The position numbers and the translations under genes were made by a program. Below, piece after piece: positions 17,156 through 26,142 of a stretch of 64,000 bases of DNA. The DNA comes from Candidatus Aminicenantes bacterium (GTDB taxonomy: Bacteria; Acidobacteriota; Aminicenantia; JAMOAD01): contig DAONEM010000002.1 in NCBI GenBank assembly GCA_035403085.1, positions 10,876 to 74,875 of the forward strand, written 5' to 3'. Each line of letters starts with the position of its first letter. The stretch's first letter is position 1. The notes below the pieces were generated by a model. It saw only the letters and a program-made list of their open reading frames with translations. It searched no databases and had not been told where the DNA came from.

Positions 17156-17578
17156 TTATTCGGGAACGACCAGAACCTGTCCGGGCACGATGGTGTCGGG
17201 GTCTTTCAGCTTATCCTTGTTGGCCTCGTAGATTCTCTTGTAAAGGGAGGCATCCCCGTAGTAGGTCTTGGCGATCTTGGAGAGGGTGTCTCCGGGAACG
17301 ACCACGTGAACCCTCAGAGCGTGGGGGGGCGTCTCCTGCCCTCCTAGGTCATCCTTGAGGAAGGTGATCTCAGCGATCAGATCCTGGGAAAAATGGCGGT
17401 TCACCAACTTGATCTGGTCCCACACCTTGAAAGAGTCACTCTTTGTCTTGGCCTCTCCGCGGATGACCAGCTTGTTCTCTTGAAGGTGAACGTTTTTCAG
17501 CTGAACCCCAAGGTTGTTCATGAGGTTCAGGACAGACTGGTACTTCAGCTTGAGCTGTTCCAGGGTAGGTGTTGTCAT
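17156..17578 (-). CDS. BON + LysM domain protein (Kbp/YgaU-like)
   Basis: C-terminal LysM HVVVPGDTLSKIAKTYYGD...YKRIYEANKDKLKDPDTIVPGQVLVVP. N-terminal BON-like domain. ATG 17578 is preceded by AGGAGGGG; the ORF-track start is 27 nt upstream. Confidence 0.75.
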   Translation of the reverse strand: MTTPTLEQLKLKYQSVLNLMNNLGVQLKNVHLQENKLVIRGEAKTKSDSFKVWDQIKLVNRHFSQDLIAEITFLKDDLGGQETPPHALRVHVVVPGDTLSKIAKTYYGDASLYKRIYEANKDKLKDPDTIVPGQVLVVPE

Positions 17579-17629
17579 GGCCCCTCCTTGAAAGAGAAAT
17601 TCCAAAGGTGAAAAGGGCGTTCCACAATA

Positions 17630-17659
17630 ATGGTAGTGTGGCCTCTCGACCTTGTCAAG
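17630..17659 (-). promoter_or_regulatory. Candidate sigma70 promoter for the Kbp-like gene (TTGACA-N17-TACCAT)
   Basis: Read on the minus strand. About 44-nt leader. Confidence 0.3.
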
Positions 17660-17720
17660 AAGAGGGGGTTTTAGACGGCTGGGGTGCCGTGGAAAGGAAG
17701 GGAAAGCGGGAAGTGATGGA

Positions 17721-17797
<77 letters not shown>

Positions 17798-17826
17798 ATG
17801 GTTGAGCTATAGAATACCAAAAAAAA

Positions 17827-17859
17827 GGGGGGAGGAAAAGGCTTTCCTCCCCCTTTTTT
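17827..17859. terminator. Bidirectional rho-independent terminator (A-tract, stem, T-tract) between the TPR lipoprotein gene and tRNA-Pro
   Basis: AAAAAA-GGGGGGAGGAAA-aggc-TTTCCTCCCCC-TTTTTT. Confidence 0.65.
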
Positions 17860-17889
17860 ACCTCATCGCCGGAGCGATGGGCTGAAACT

Positions 17890-19278
17890 TTATTTCTTTT
17901 CGAGCTCTTTCTCAAGCTTGGAGCGCTGTTGGAGCCGCTTGTAGAGCATCTGGAACTTCTCTACGTTCTCTTGAGCCTTCGCCGAGTAGGTCTTTTCGTT
18001 CTTCGGATCGTACTTGATCATCTCACGGTAGAGAAGGTTGATGTAGGCGTAGGGTTCGGGGTAGTTCTCGTCGAGCTCCACGGCCCTTGTCAGCGCCTTC
18101 ATCCCCTTTTCAACAACCGCCTTCCTCTCGTTGTCAGGAAGCATCTGCCGCTTGAAGCTCTTGGTCCAGCTGAAGACGCCCAAGGTGTAGTAGGCTTCCG
18201 CACGCTTCCTGGTATCAACGTTGGGGTCCTTCTCGAGGATGTCGATACGCTTCTGAACAGAGGTCAAAGCGTCGTCGTACTTTTGCTTCCCCATGTAGTA
18301 GTTGGCGACGTAGAGGTAACCGTCCGGGTCATCAGGGTTGGCGTCGATGGCCTTCTTGAAGTACTCCAGGGTCTTATCGTCTTTGCCGTACTTGCTGTAG
18401 AACTCGGCGATGACGAAGAAGCTCTTGGAGGTGGCGTAAGAGCTGTCAAGAATGCGGAGGTAGTACCTCTCGGCCATGTCGAAGTTGCTGAGGTTGTTGT
18501 AGAGTTCGCCAAGGCTCAGGAGCGGATCCACTGAGGCGGTGTTGTAGTACTTCACAACCAGGGCGTTCCCCAGGGCGCGCATGGCCCTGATAGTGTTCTT
18601 CTCCATGAGCTTGCGGGTGGAATCGTTCATGGGGGGCTGAGGGGCTGGGGCTTCGTCGGCTTTCTTCTCGCCGTCGGCAGGTTGCTGTGCGTCGCCGGGC
18701 TGGGAGATGACGTTGGCCTGCTGAGCCTTCTTCTTCGCCTCTTCTTCGGCCTTCTTCTTGGCGGCGATAGCGGCCTTATCGGCCTCTACCTTCTTGAAGA
18801 GTTCGGCGATCTGGGGGTCAACGGAGACCAGGGCCTTAGTGGAAGTCACGGCGGCGGGGGGCGTATCGGGAAGATTGATTCCCTTCACGTACTCTGCGAA
18901 CTCCGGGTAGCTCTCATCACCAAGCGTGTTGAGGTTGAAGACGATCTCACGGAGCTGGTTGGCATCGGTAGCGTTCTCCATCTTGTTGGTCAGAGAGGTC
19001 ACCAATTTGTCATCCAGGGGGACACCCACCTTGTAGAGCTGCTGGTAGCAGGAGGCGAGGTAATAGTAGGCGGGGATATAGGAGGGGTCGATCTTCAAAA
19101 CCCGAGTGTACTCTTCGGCGGCGACCTTGTAATCCTCTTCCGTGAATTTCGCGTTGGCCTTCTTAAAGAAGTAGTTGGCCTTCAGCTTGGAATATTTGAG
19201 ATCCTGACAGGAGACTGAGAATAGGAAGGCGAAGGCTAACGTTATAGACAAGAGCCTTAGGAACTTACCTTTATTCAT
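17890..19278 (-). CDS. Secreted or lipo-anchored TPR-repeat protein with a central Ala/Lys/Glu-rich low-complexity linker
   Basis: Signal peptide MNKGKFLRLLSITLAFAFLFSVSC. TPRs at both ends. Linker KKAEEEAKKKAQQ. Confidence 0.7.
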   Translation of the reverse strand: MNKGKFLRLLSITLAFAFLFSVSCQDLKYSKLKANYFFKKANAKFTEEDYKVAAEEYTRVLKIDPSYIPAYYYLASCYQQLYKVGVPLDDKLVTSLTNKMENATDANQLREIVFNLNTLGDESYPEFAEYVKGINLPDTPPAAVTSTKALVSVDPQIAELFKKVEADKAAIAAKKKAEEEAKKKAQQANVISQPGDAQQPADGEKKADEAPAPQPPMNDSTRKLMEKNTIRAMRALGNALVVKYYNTASVDPLLSLGELYNNLSNFDMAERYYLRILDSSYATSKSFFVIAEFYSKYGKDDKTLEYFKKAIDANPDDPDGYLYVANYYMGKQKYDDALTSVQKRIDILEKDPNVDTRKRAEAYYTLGVFSWTKSFKRQMLPDNERKAVVEKGMKALTRAVELDENYPEPYAYINLLYREMIKYDPKNEKTYSAKAQENVEKFQMLYKRLQQRSKLEKELEKK

Positions 19279-19347
19279 ACTTACCTCCTAGAATGTATGG
19301 AATAGTGTAAAAGAAAAGGGCGAAAAAATCAAGCCTCATTATCCTTG

Positions 19348-20616
19348 TCAGTAAAGGAGTTCGCCATTTTTCAGGAGAATCTCCCCCTCTTTGACGACCA
19401 TCTCCAAGGGATCCAGAGAGGGGGAGTAGAAGAGCTCCCGGTAGTGGGGGACATCGAAAACGAGAAGGTCCATCTTCTTGCCCGGAGCAAGGGAGCCTAC
19501 GGAATCCTGAACCCCTATGGCGCAGGCCCCGTTGATGGTGGAGGCGGCGATCGCCTCCTCCATGCGGAATTCCGAAAGGAAGACCCCCAAGCGGAGGGCG
19601 AAGAGCATCCGGTGGATCATGGAACTTCCGGGGTTGAAATCTGTCCCCAAGGCAACGGCGACTCCGGAATCGATCATCTTCCTGACCGGAGCGGAGGAAC
19701 GGGTCCGAAGGAAGAAGTAGACGCCCGGGAGGACGACGGCGACGGTGGAAGAGGCCGCCAAGGCGGTGATTCCGGAATCGGAGATCTTCAAGAGGTGTTC
19801 GGCGCTGACGCAACCCAAGGAGGCGGCCAGCGCGGCTCCCCCTTGGTCGGTGAACTCGTCGGCGTGAAGCTTCAGCTCGAAACCTGAATTTCTGGCGGCT
19901 TCGAGCATCCTTCGGATCTCTTCGGGGGTGAAGATTCCCTCCTCCAGGAAGGCGTCAAAGAAGCGGGCTCTCTTGAGAGAGGCGACCAGGGGGATATGGT
20001 GAGAGATCAGGGCGTCCAGATACTCCTCCTTCTTCTCTCCCGGGGGAACATCGTGCCCCCCCATGTAGGTGGAGACGATGTCGACGGGATGGATCTCCTT
20101 CAGGACCTTGAGAGCCTCCAACTGTTTGAGCTCCCCCGCCTCATCCAAACCGTAGCCGCTCTTGGCCTCTATGGTTGTCGCTCCTCCCCGGACCATCTCA
20201 TCCAGCCGCTTCTGGCAGACCGAGACAAGGTCCTGAAGGGGGATCTCCCGGGTCGCCTTCACCGTAGCCTTGATGCCCATCCCCTTTCTCTGGAGCTCCA
20301 GGTAAGAGATGCCGTCGAGCTTCATCTTGAACTCTTCCGAGCGGTCTCCCGCGAAGGGAAGGTGGGTGTGGGAGTCGACGAAGCCTGGGGTGACGATCTT
20401 CCCAGTGGCGTCGATCTCCACGGCCTCTTCGGTGAGCTTGGCCTTCTCCCGGAAGAGGGCTTCGTCTCCGACGAAGACGATTTTCCCCTGGCGGGAACCG
20501 ATCCATCCCTTCTCAATGATTCCCAGATCCGAAAGGGCCGCTCCTCTGCGGGGAGCTTCGCCGTAGAGGGTCAGCAGTTGGGAACAGTTTTTGACTAGAA
20601 AATCCACAAGTATCAT
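19348..20616 (-). CDS. hutI: Imidazolonepropionase
   Basis: Amidohydrolase fold with TPGFVDSHTHLPF, HADE, ALGTDFNPGS. Confidence 0.85.
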   Translation of the reverse strand: MILVDFLVKNCSQLLTLYGEAPRRGAALSDLGIIEKGWIGSRQGKIVFVGDEALFREKAKLTEEAVEIDATGKIVTPGFVDSHTHLPFAGDRSEEFKMKLDGISYLELQRKGMGIKATVKATREIPLQDLVSVCQKRLDEMVRGGATTIEAKSGYGLDEAGELKQLEALKVLKEIHPVDIVSTYMGGHDVPPGEKKEEYLDALISHHIPLVASLKRARFFDAFLEEGIFTPEEIRRMLEAARNSGFELKLHADEFTDQGGAALAASLGCVSAEHLLKISDSGITALAASSTVAVVLPGVYFFLRTRSSAPVRKMIDSGVAVALGTDFNPGSSMIHRMLFALRLGVFLSEFRMEEAIAASTINGACAIGVQDSVGSLAPGKKMDLLVFDVPHYRELFYSPSLDPLEMVVKEGEILLKNGELLY

Positions 20617-20635
20617 CTATCCTCCCGATGGTCCC

Positions 20636-21730
20636 CTATGCCCGAAGGTCGATGGCTCCGGAAGTGAGGGACCACCCATCTAAAAAGAACTCCTGGTCCG
20701 AAGGGTCCAGGGCGTGAAAATCGGCGAAGATCTTTTCGAAGTAGGGTGAAAGGGCGTGTTCCAAGGCGGGAACGGCTCCCTTGAGCTGTTCGAGGGTCTC
20801 CTCGCGACAAGAGGAGATGTCCAGGCGCAGAACATGGCCGACTTGGGAGAGGTCGATCCCCAGCGGGCCGAGGTTGGAGAGGTCAAGGTTCAGGGAGAGA
20901 CGGTTCAGACGGAACGAGGTTCCCTGGGAGGAGCTCTCCTCCTGACGGTACTCGACCTTGGCCATTCCCGATCCCGAGGAACCATCCAAGAGGAAGGGGA
21001 CCAAGAGGGAGAGGGTCTGGATACTCTCCCCTCCCTCGGTGAGGGGAAGCGCTTTGAGGGCGACGTTAGCCTCACGGAGGGAGGCGGTGAGTTCCTCGAC
21101 GCTCCGGGTTTGTGCGGAAGGGGAGCTGGAGGGAAGGGGAGAATCCTTTGAGGGGGAGGGGACAAGGTTCTCCAGCGTCTGCAAGAGCTCGCGGGCCTCT
21201 TGGGGGAGGGGCTCGGCGGAGTTGGGCGAGATCTTTGTCAGAAGCTCTTTCAAGGGAAGTTCCTTGGAGTCGTTGAGAAAGAAGGTGAAGAGGCCTTGCC
21301 AACGGGAGGGAGCCCCTTGGGGAAGGGAGCGGAGAAGGGCCGCCAGAGGAGTCGCCGAGGAGGAGGGGGAGGAGAGGGCCGAGACGAGCTCCTTGGCGGT
21401 TTGGGCCAACTTTCCGTGGAGCTCCGTAAGGGGCTGGGCCGCTTGGGCGGGAGAGGAGCTTCCTCTGCCGGGAACGACCAGCTCCAGCTTGGGCTGAGGG
21501 GCTCCCTCCCGGACCCTCAACAACAGGCTCTCCCCCTCTTGGGCCTTCCAGGGAAGGTCGGCCTTTAGACGGAAAGAGCCGAAGTCCAAGAGGGCCTCTT
21601 TGTCAGAGGCGGAGACCACCGTCGCCTTGAGAAGGTCTCCGGAGCGGAGGGCCTTGATGGAGAGCAGAGACTTCTCGATCTCCGAGAAACGGACGTTGAT
21701 CTCCAAGGGGAGAGAGGGCCCTATCTTCAT
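20636..21730 (-). CDS. Hypothetical protein with a Ser/Pro/Ala/Gln-rich low-complexity centre and possible FliK(Flg_hook)-like C-terminal region; start overlaps the rtcB stop
   Basis: ATG 21730 and the rtcB TGA form ATGA. Low-complexity SSSPAQAAQP, SSPSSSATP, SPSKDSPLPSSSPS. C-terminal LNLDLSNLGPLGIDLSQVGHVLRLDISS...LEQLKGAVPALEHAL. Confidence 0.35.
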   Translation of the reverse strand: MKIGPSLPLEINVRFSEIEKSLLSIKALRSGDLLKATVVSASDKEALLDFGSFRLKADLPWKAQEGESLLLRVREGAPQPKLELVVPGRGSSSPAQAAQPLTELHGKLAQTAKELVSALSSPSSSATPLAALLRSLPQGAPSRWQGLFTFFLNDSKELPLKELLTKISPNSAEPLPQEARELLQTLENLVPSPSKDSPLPSSSPSAQTRSVEELTASLREANVALKALPLTEGGESIQTLSLLVPFLLDGSSGSGMAKVEYRQEESSSQGTSFRLNRLSLNLDLSNLGPLGIDLSQVGHVLRLDISSCREETLEQLKGAVPALEHALSPYFEKIFADFHALDPSDQEFFLDGWSLTSGAIDLRA

Positions 21731-23157
21731 CCTTTCACCACCAGCAGGGGTTGAAGTCGGCAAACCAGCGTCGAGAGGCCCGCGCCGACCACGGCCTCCA
21801 CGACGAGACCGGCGTCTTTGTACGCCTCCGAAGACTCCTCCTCAAGGGTGCGTCGGTTGGCGCAACCGAGGAGGATCCCCTTCTCCTCCATCTCCCTCTC
21901 GATGGAGCGTCCCTTGGCCCTCTTGACGGCTTGATTACGGGAGAGAAGCCTTCCCGCGCCGTGGCAGGTGGAGCCGAAGCTCTCTTGCAGAGCGGTGGGA
22001 GCCGCCGCAAGGACGAAGGAGAAGCGTCCCATGTCGCCGGGGATCAAGACGGGCTGGCCGGTGGAGGAGTAACGGGGGGGAAGCTCTGAGTGGCCTGCGG
22101 GGAAGGCCCGGGTGGCCCCTTTTCGGTGGACGAGAAGGAGCTTTTTCTGGGCGGCGATTCTGTGCGCCTCTTCCCTCACGACGTTGTGCCCGTGATCGTA
22201 AACAAGCTCTAAGGCCGCTCTAGGGCCGAAGAGAGAGGAGAAGACCTCTCTCAGGCGGTGGGTGATGGCCTGGCGGTTGGCCCAGGCGAAGTTTGCCCCA
22301 CAGGCCATGGCGGCGAGGTACTCCCGTCCTTCCGGAGAGTCCGCGGGAGCGCAGGCAAGCTCTCGGTCCGGGAGGGTGAAACGGTACTTTCGGGCGGCTC
22401 TTTCCATCTTTTCCAGGGCCTCCGTGCAGATCTGGTGGCCGAGTCCCCGTGATCCCGTGTGGACCATGATGGTCAGAGTCTCCTGGGTGAGTCCCCAGAG
22501 TCGAGCCCTCTCTGGATCGTAGACCTCAACGACCCGCTGGACCTCAAGGAAGTGGTTCCCCGCCCCAAGGGTCCCCAGCTGACGGGATCCCCTCTCCCAG
22601 GCCCTGTCGCTGATCAGGGAATCCTCCGCGCCGGGGAGGCTTCCGGAGGATTCGGTCCTCTCCAGATCTTCCCTCTCCGCCATCCCCCTGCGCAAGAGGG
22701 CGGCGGCGCCCTCCCGTAGGACGCGGTTTCCCTCTCTCCGGCTCAACGCTTCGCTTTGCACGGCGCCCACTCCGGTGGGGACGGCGGAGAGGAGCGCCGC
22801 CAGGAGCGCCTCTCTCTTCTCCAGAAGGTTCTGTGGTTCAAGGTTGGTCCTGAGGAGCCGAACGCCGCAGTTGATATCGTACCCAACCGCGCCTGGGGAG
22901 ACGACCCCTTCCGCCGAGTCCGTGACGAGAACTCCTCCGATAGGAAGCCCGTAACCGCAATGGATGTCCGGCATGGCCAAGACCGCCTCCACGCGCCCCG
23001 GAAGTGAAGCGGCGTTTACGATCTGTTCGAGGGCCTTCTCGTCGAAGCCGGCGCGGTAGAGCCTCTCGGTTAGGAAGAGGGTTCCCGGAACGGTCATTCT
23101 CCGGGAGGGGGGAACCTCCCACTTGTACTCACTCAGGGGGTGTAGCGACGGATGCAT
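21727..23157 (-). CDS. rtcB: RNA-splicing ligase RtcB
   Basis: DIHCGYGLPIGGV, GAGNHFLE, HGAGR and the C-terminal region typical of RtcB. Confidence 0.9.
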   Translation of the reverse strand: MHPSLHPLSEYKWEVPPSRRMTVPGTLFLTERLYRAGFDEKALEQIVNAASLPGRVEAVLAMPDIHCGYGLPIGGVLVTDSAEGVVSPGAVGYDINCGVRLLRTNLEPQNLLEKREALLAALLSAVPTGVGAVQSEALSRREGNRVLREGAAALLRRGMAEREDLERTESSGSLPGAEDSLISDRAWERGSRQLGTLGAGNHFLEVQRVVEVYDPERARLWGLTQETLTIMVHTGSRGLGHQICTEALEKMERAARKYRFTLPDRELACAPADSPEGREYLAAMACGANFAWANRQAITHRLREVFSSLFGPRAALELVYDHGHNVVREEAHRIAAQKKLLLVHRKGATRAFPAGHSELPPRYSSTGQPVLIPGDMGRFSFVLAAAPTALQESFGSTCHGAGRLLSRNQAVKRAKGRSIEREMEEKGILLGCANRRTLEEESSEAYKDAGLVVEAVVGAGLSTLVCRLQPLLVVKG

Positions 23158-23175
23158 CGATCCCCTCCGGAAGGG

Positions 23176-25092
23176 TCAGAAAATTTTCTCCTTGATGTTA
23201 TCCAAGAGAGTCTTCTTCTTGTGGCTGTGGAGCTTGCGGACACGGTTCGCGATTCCTTCACGGTCGAGGAAGAAGAGCTTATGGATCTGGGAGGAGCTTC
23301 CTTGTGGGAGTAGGGAGTCGGGGTAACCCAGGGAGTGGACTTGGGTCTTGAAGAGTTCTTTGTTCCTGAGGGCCGAGGCGACCGCTGACCCGAACCCTCC
23401 CTGGAGGACTCCGTCTTCCAGTGTCAGAATCCACCGAGCCTTTTTCCCGATTTCGAAGAGGAGCTTTTCGTCCAAGGGTTTGACAAAGCGGGCGTTGACG
23501 ACACCTACGGAGATCCCTTCCTGTTCAAGCTCTCGGGCCGCCTCCAAGGCTTCGTAAACCAGAGGGCCCACCGCAAGGATCGTGCCGTTGCTTCCCTCCT
23601 TGAGGGTCTCCCAACGGCCTAAAGGAACGGTCTCGAACCCCTCGGAAAGAGGAATTCCCTTGCCTGGGGCCTTAGGGTAACGGATGGCGACGGGGTGGTC
23701 GATCTGAAGAGAGGTGTAGAGCATGTTCCTGAGTTCCGCCTCATCCTTGGGAGCCATGACCACGAAGTTGGGCAGAGGGAGGAGGTAGGAGAGGTCGTAG
23801 ATCCCCTGATGGGTCGGACCGTCTCCGCCGACGGCGCCGGCCCTGTCGATGGCGAAGATAATCGGCAGGTCCATGAGGGAGACATCGTGGACGAGCTGGT
23901 CGTAGGCTCTCTGGAGGAAGGTCGAGTAGATAGCCACCAGGGGGCGTTCTCCCCCGAGGGCGAGGCCGACGGCGAATTCCGCCGCATGCTGTTCGGCGAT
24001 TCCTACATCGAAGAACCTGGCGGGGAAGGCTTTCTGAAAGTCCTGAAGCCCTGTGCCTTCCGGCATAGCCGCGGTGATGGCGAAGAGTCGAGGTTCGGCG
24101 GCCCCGAGCTCGGCGACGGTCTTCCCGAAGACGGCGCTGTAGGTCGGGGGATGGTCGCCCCGGCGGAAACGGCCAGTGGCGATGTCGAAGGGAGCGGCGG
24201 AGTGGAAGAGGTCGGGTTTCTTCTCCGCCGGCAGGTACCCTTTCCCTTTCTTGGTTACCACGTGGATCAACACGGGGCGCGTCAACTCCTTGCACTTTCT
24301 CAGGACGCCTTCGAGCTCTCGAAGGTTGTGGCCGTTGATGGGGCCGACGTACTTGATCCCCAGTTCTTCGAAGAAAGAGCCAGGAGTCATGAGCTTCTTC
24401 AGCTTGTCTTCGATGTCGTGGGCAAGGTCGACGAACTTCGGGCCGATTCCCGGGATTCCCTCGACGACGGTGCGGATGCTCTCCTTGGTCTTGACGTAGA
24501 ACTGTCCGGATTGGAGATAGTCGAGGTATTTGGAGATGGCTCCTACGTTGGGGGAGATGCTCATCTTGTTGTCGTTCAGGACAATGATGAGCCGTTTCTT
24601 GTGCTGGCCGATCTGGTTGATCGCTTCCAGGGAGAGGCCTCCGGTCAGGGAGCCGTCTCCGACGACGGCCACCACATGGTGGCTCTCCTTGCGGCTCTCT
24701 CGGGAGACGACGAGGCCGAAGGCGGCGGAGAGGACCGTGCTGGCATGGCCGGTGTTCAGAGTGTCGTGGACGCTTTCGTCCCGGTTGGGGAAGCCCGAGA
24801 TTCCTCCGAACTGGCGGAGCTTTGGAAAGAGCTCCTGCCTTCCCGTAAGAAGTTTGTGGCTGTAGGCTTGGTGGCCGACATCCCAAAGGATCTTGTCCTG
24901 CGGCGTGTTGAAGACACGGTGGAGGGCGAGGGTGAGCTCCACGACCCCTAGGTTGGAGGAGAGGTGTCCCCCGGTCTCGGAGACAACGGAGAGAATCGAC
25001 TGTCTCAGTTCTCGGGCCACACACTCCAACTCCTCGTAGGTGAGGGGCTTCAGGTCCGCAGGGGAGTGAAGTGAATCAAGGAGCTTTCTCAT
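23176..25092 (-). CDS. dxs: 1-deoxy-D-xylulose-5-phosphate synthase
   Basis: TPP-binding GDGSLTGG, transketolase-like pyrimidine and C-terminal domains, canonical Dxs N-terminus. Confidence 0.9.
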   Translation of the reverse strand: MRKLLDSLHSPADLKPLTYEELECVARELRQSILSVVSETGGHLSSNLGVVELTLALHRVFNTPQDKILWDVGHQAYSHKLLTGRQELFPKLRQFGGISGFPNRDESVHDTLNTGHASTVLSAAFGLVVSRESRKESHHVVAVVGDGSLTGGLSLEAINQIGQHKKRLIIVLNDNKMSISPNVGAISKYLDYLQSGQFYVKTKESIRTVVEGIPGIGPKFVDLAHDIEDKLKKLMTPGSFFEELGIKYVGPINGHNLRELEGVLRKCKELTRPVLIHVVTKKGKGYLPAEKKPDLFHSAAPFDIATGRFRRGDHPPTYSAVFGKTVAELGAAEPRLFAITAAMPEGTGLQDFQKAFPARFFDVGIAEQHAAEFAVGLALGGERPLVAIYSTFLQRAYDQLVHDVSLMDLPIIFAIDRAGAVGGDGPTHQGIYDLSYLLPLPNFVVMAPKDEAELRNMLYTSLQIDHPVAIRYPKAPGKGIPLSEGFETVPLGRWETLKEGSNGTILAVGPLVYEALEAARELEQEGISVGVVNARFVKPLDEKLLFEIGKKARWILTLEDGVLQGGFGSAVASALRNKELFKTQVHSLGYPDSLLPQGSSSQIHKLFFLDREGIANRVRKLHSHKKKTLLDNIKEKIF

Positions 25093-25906
25093 CCTTTCCT
25101 CGGGTAAGTATCCGCTCCATCAGTTCGTTGAAGGGAGGAGCGTCCACCTTTAAAGTATGAACCATTCTCCTGCAACGGTCAACCTTCTCCTCCAGAAGCC
25201 TGAGGCACTCTGGACGGTTGAGGCGGAAGAGGATGTTGAAGCTGGAGGACCCGCTGTCCTGGAGATCGTCTTGGAGCTGAAAGACGATTCCCAGTTCTTC
25301 CCCAAGGGAGGCGAAGAGTTTGACCCTCTTGGGCGTGAACCCGAGGATGAGCGCTGTTCCTTCCAGGGCGGCGGCGAAGAGGGCTCCGGTCTTCATCGCG
25401 AAAAGATCGAGAGGGTCCGAGTCCGGGAGGAGTTCCATGGATTGGCCTCCGGCGATTCCCTGATCGCCCCAGCTTCTCAGGAGGAGCTGGGTGAGGCGGA
25501 GCTTGAGGGAGGTGGAGTAGGAGGCCTCTTGGAGAACCTCGGCGCCCAGGGAGACGAGTCCGTCTCCGGCGAGAAGGGCCAACCCCGGCGAGAAGGCCTT
25601 GTGGAGGGTGGGCTTCCCTCTTCTCAGGTCATCGTTGTCCAGAAGAGGCAAGTCGTCGTGGACCAGGGAGGCGGTGTGGACCATCTCGACCGCGGCCGCC
25701 CAAGGGAGAACCCTCTCCTGTGAGGCCGAGAGAAGTTCGCCCAGGGAGATGACCAAGAGGGGACGAACCCGTTTGCCACCGGAGAAGAGAGCGTACCTGT
25801 AGAGGGGGTGGAGGGGGCTCCGTGCTTCCGGGACCTTGGAAGAGAGATACTCCTCGAAGAGAGCCTCCCGGGTTCTCAGAAAGCGGTTGGCCTTGGGAGC
25901 CGTCAC
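25076..25906 (-). CDS. ispA: Polyprenyl (farnesyl/geranylgeranyl) diphosphate synthase
   Basis: First DDxxD (LVHDDLPLLDNDDLRRGKP) and second aspartate-rich motif. GTG start with RBS CAGGAGGAAA overlapping the xseB stop. Confidence 0.8.
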   Translation of the reverse strand: MTAPKANRFLRTREALFEEYLSSKVPEARSPLHPLYRYALFSGGKRVRPLLVISLGELLSASQERVLPWAAAVEMVHTASLVHDDLPLLDNDDLRRGKPTLHKAFSPGLALLAGDGLVSLGAEVLQEASYSTSLKLRLTQLLLRSWGDQGIAGGQSMELLPDSDPLDLFAMKTGALFAAALEGTALILGFTPKRVKLFASLGEELGIVFQLQDDLQDSGSSSFNILFRLNRPECLRLLEEKVDRCRRMVHTLKVDAPPFNELMERILTRGKDEKAP

Positions 25907-26142
25907 TTTTCCTCCTGGAGGAGAAAGGGTGTCGTGGCTTCGCCCTCTCCGTCGGCGTTCTTCATGAGCATCTCCACACGGTTTTCCACGGCGTCGAGTT
26001 CGGCCCGCAGCGTCCGGGAGAGGGAGATCCCCCTCTCGAAGAGTTCGAGGGAATCCGCCAGAGGGAGGTTGCCCTCCTCCATCTTCTTGACGATTCCTTC
26101 CAGGTCCTGAAACATCTTTTCAAAATCAACCTTCTTGTCCAA
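25903..26142 (-). CDS. xseB: Exodeoxyribonuclease VII small subunit
   Basis: FEKMFQDLEGIVKKMEEGNLPLADSLELFERGISL matches XseB. Probable TTG start at 26142 with RBS AAGGAGGA 5 nt upstream, overlapping the xseA stop. The ORF-track start lies inside xseA. Confidence 0.75.
   Translation of the reverse strand: MDKKVDFEKMFQDLEGIVKKMEEGNLPLADSLELFERGISLSRTLRAELDAVENRVEMLMKNADGEGEATTPFLLQEEK

Noticed and set aside
20636-21730. Calling the rtcB-coupled protein a flagellar hook-length control protein FliK
   Set aside because: Only a loose compositional and C-terminal resemblance was seen. No flagellar genes are present anywhere in the window. It is kept as hypothetical with a note.
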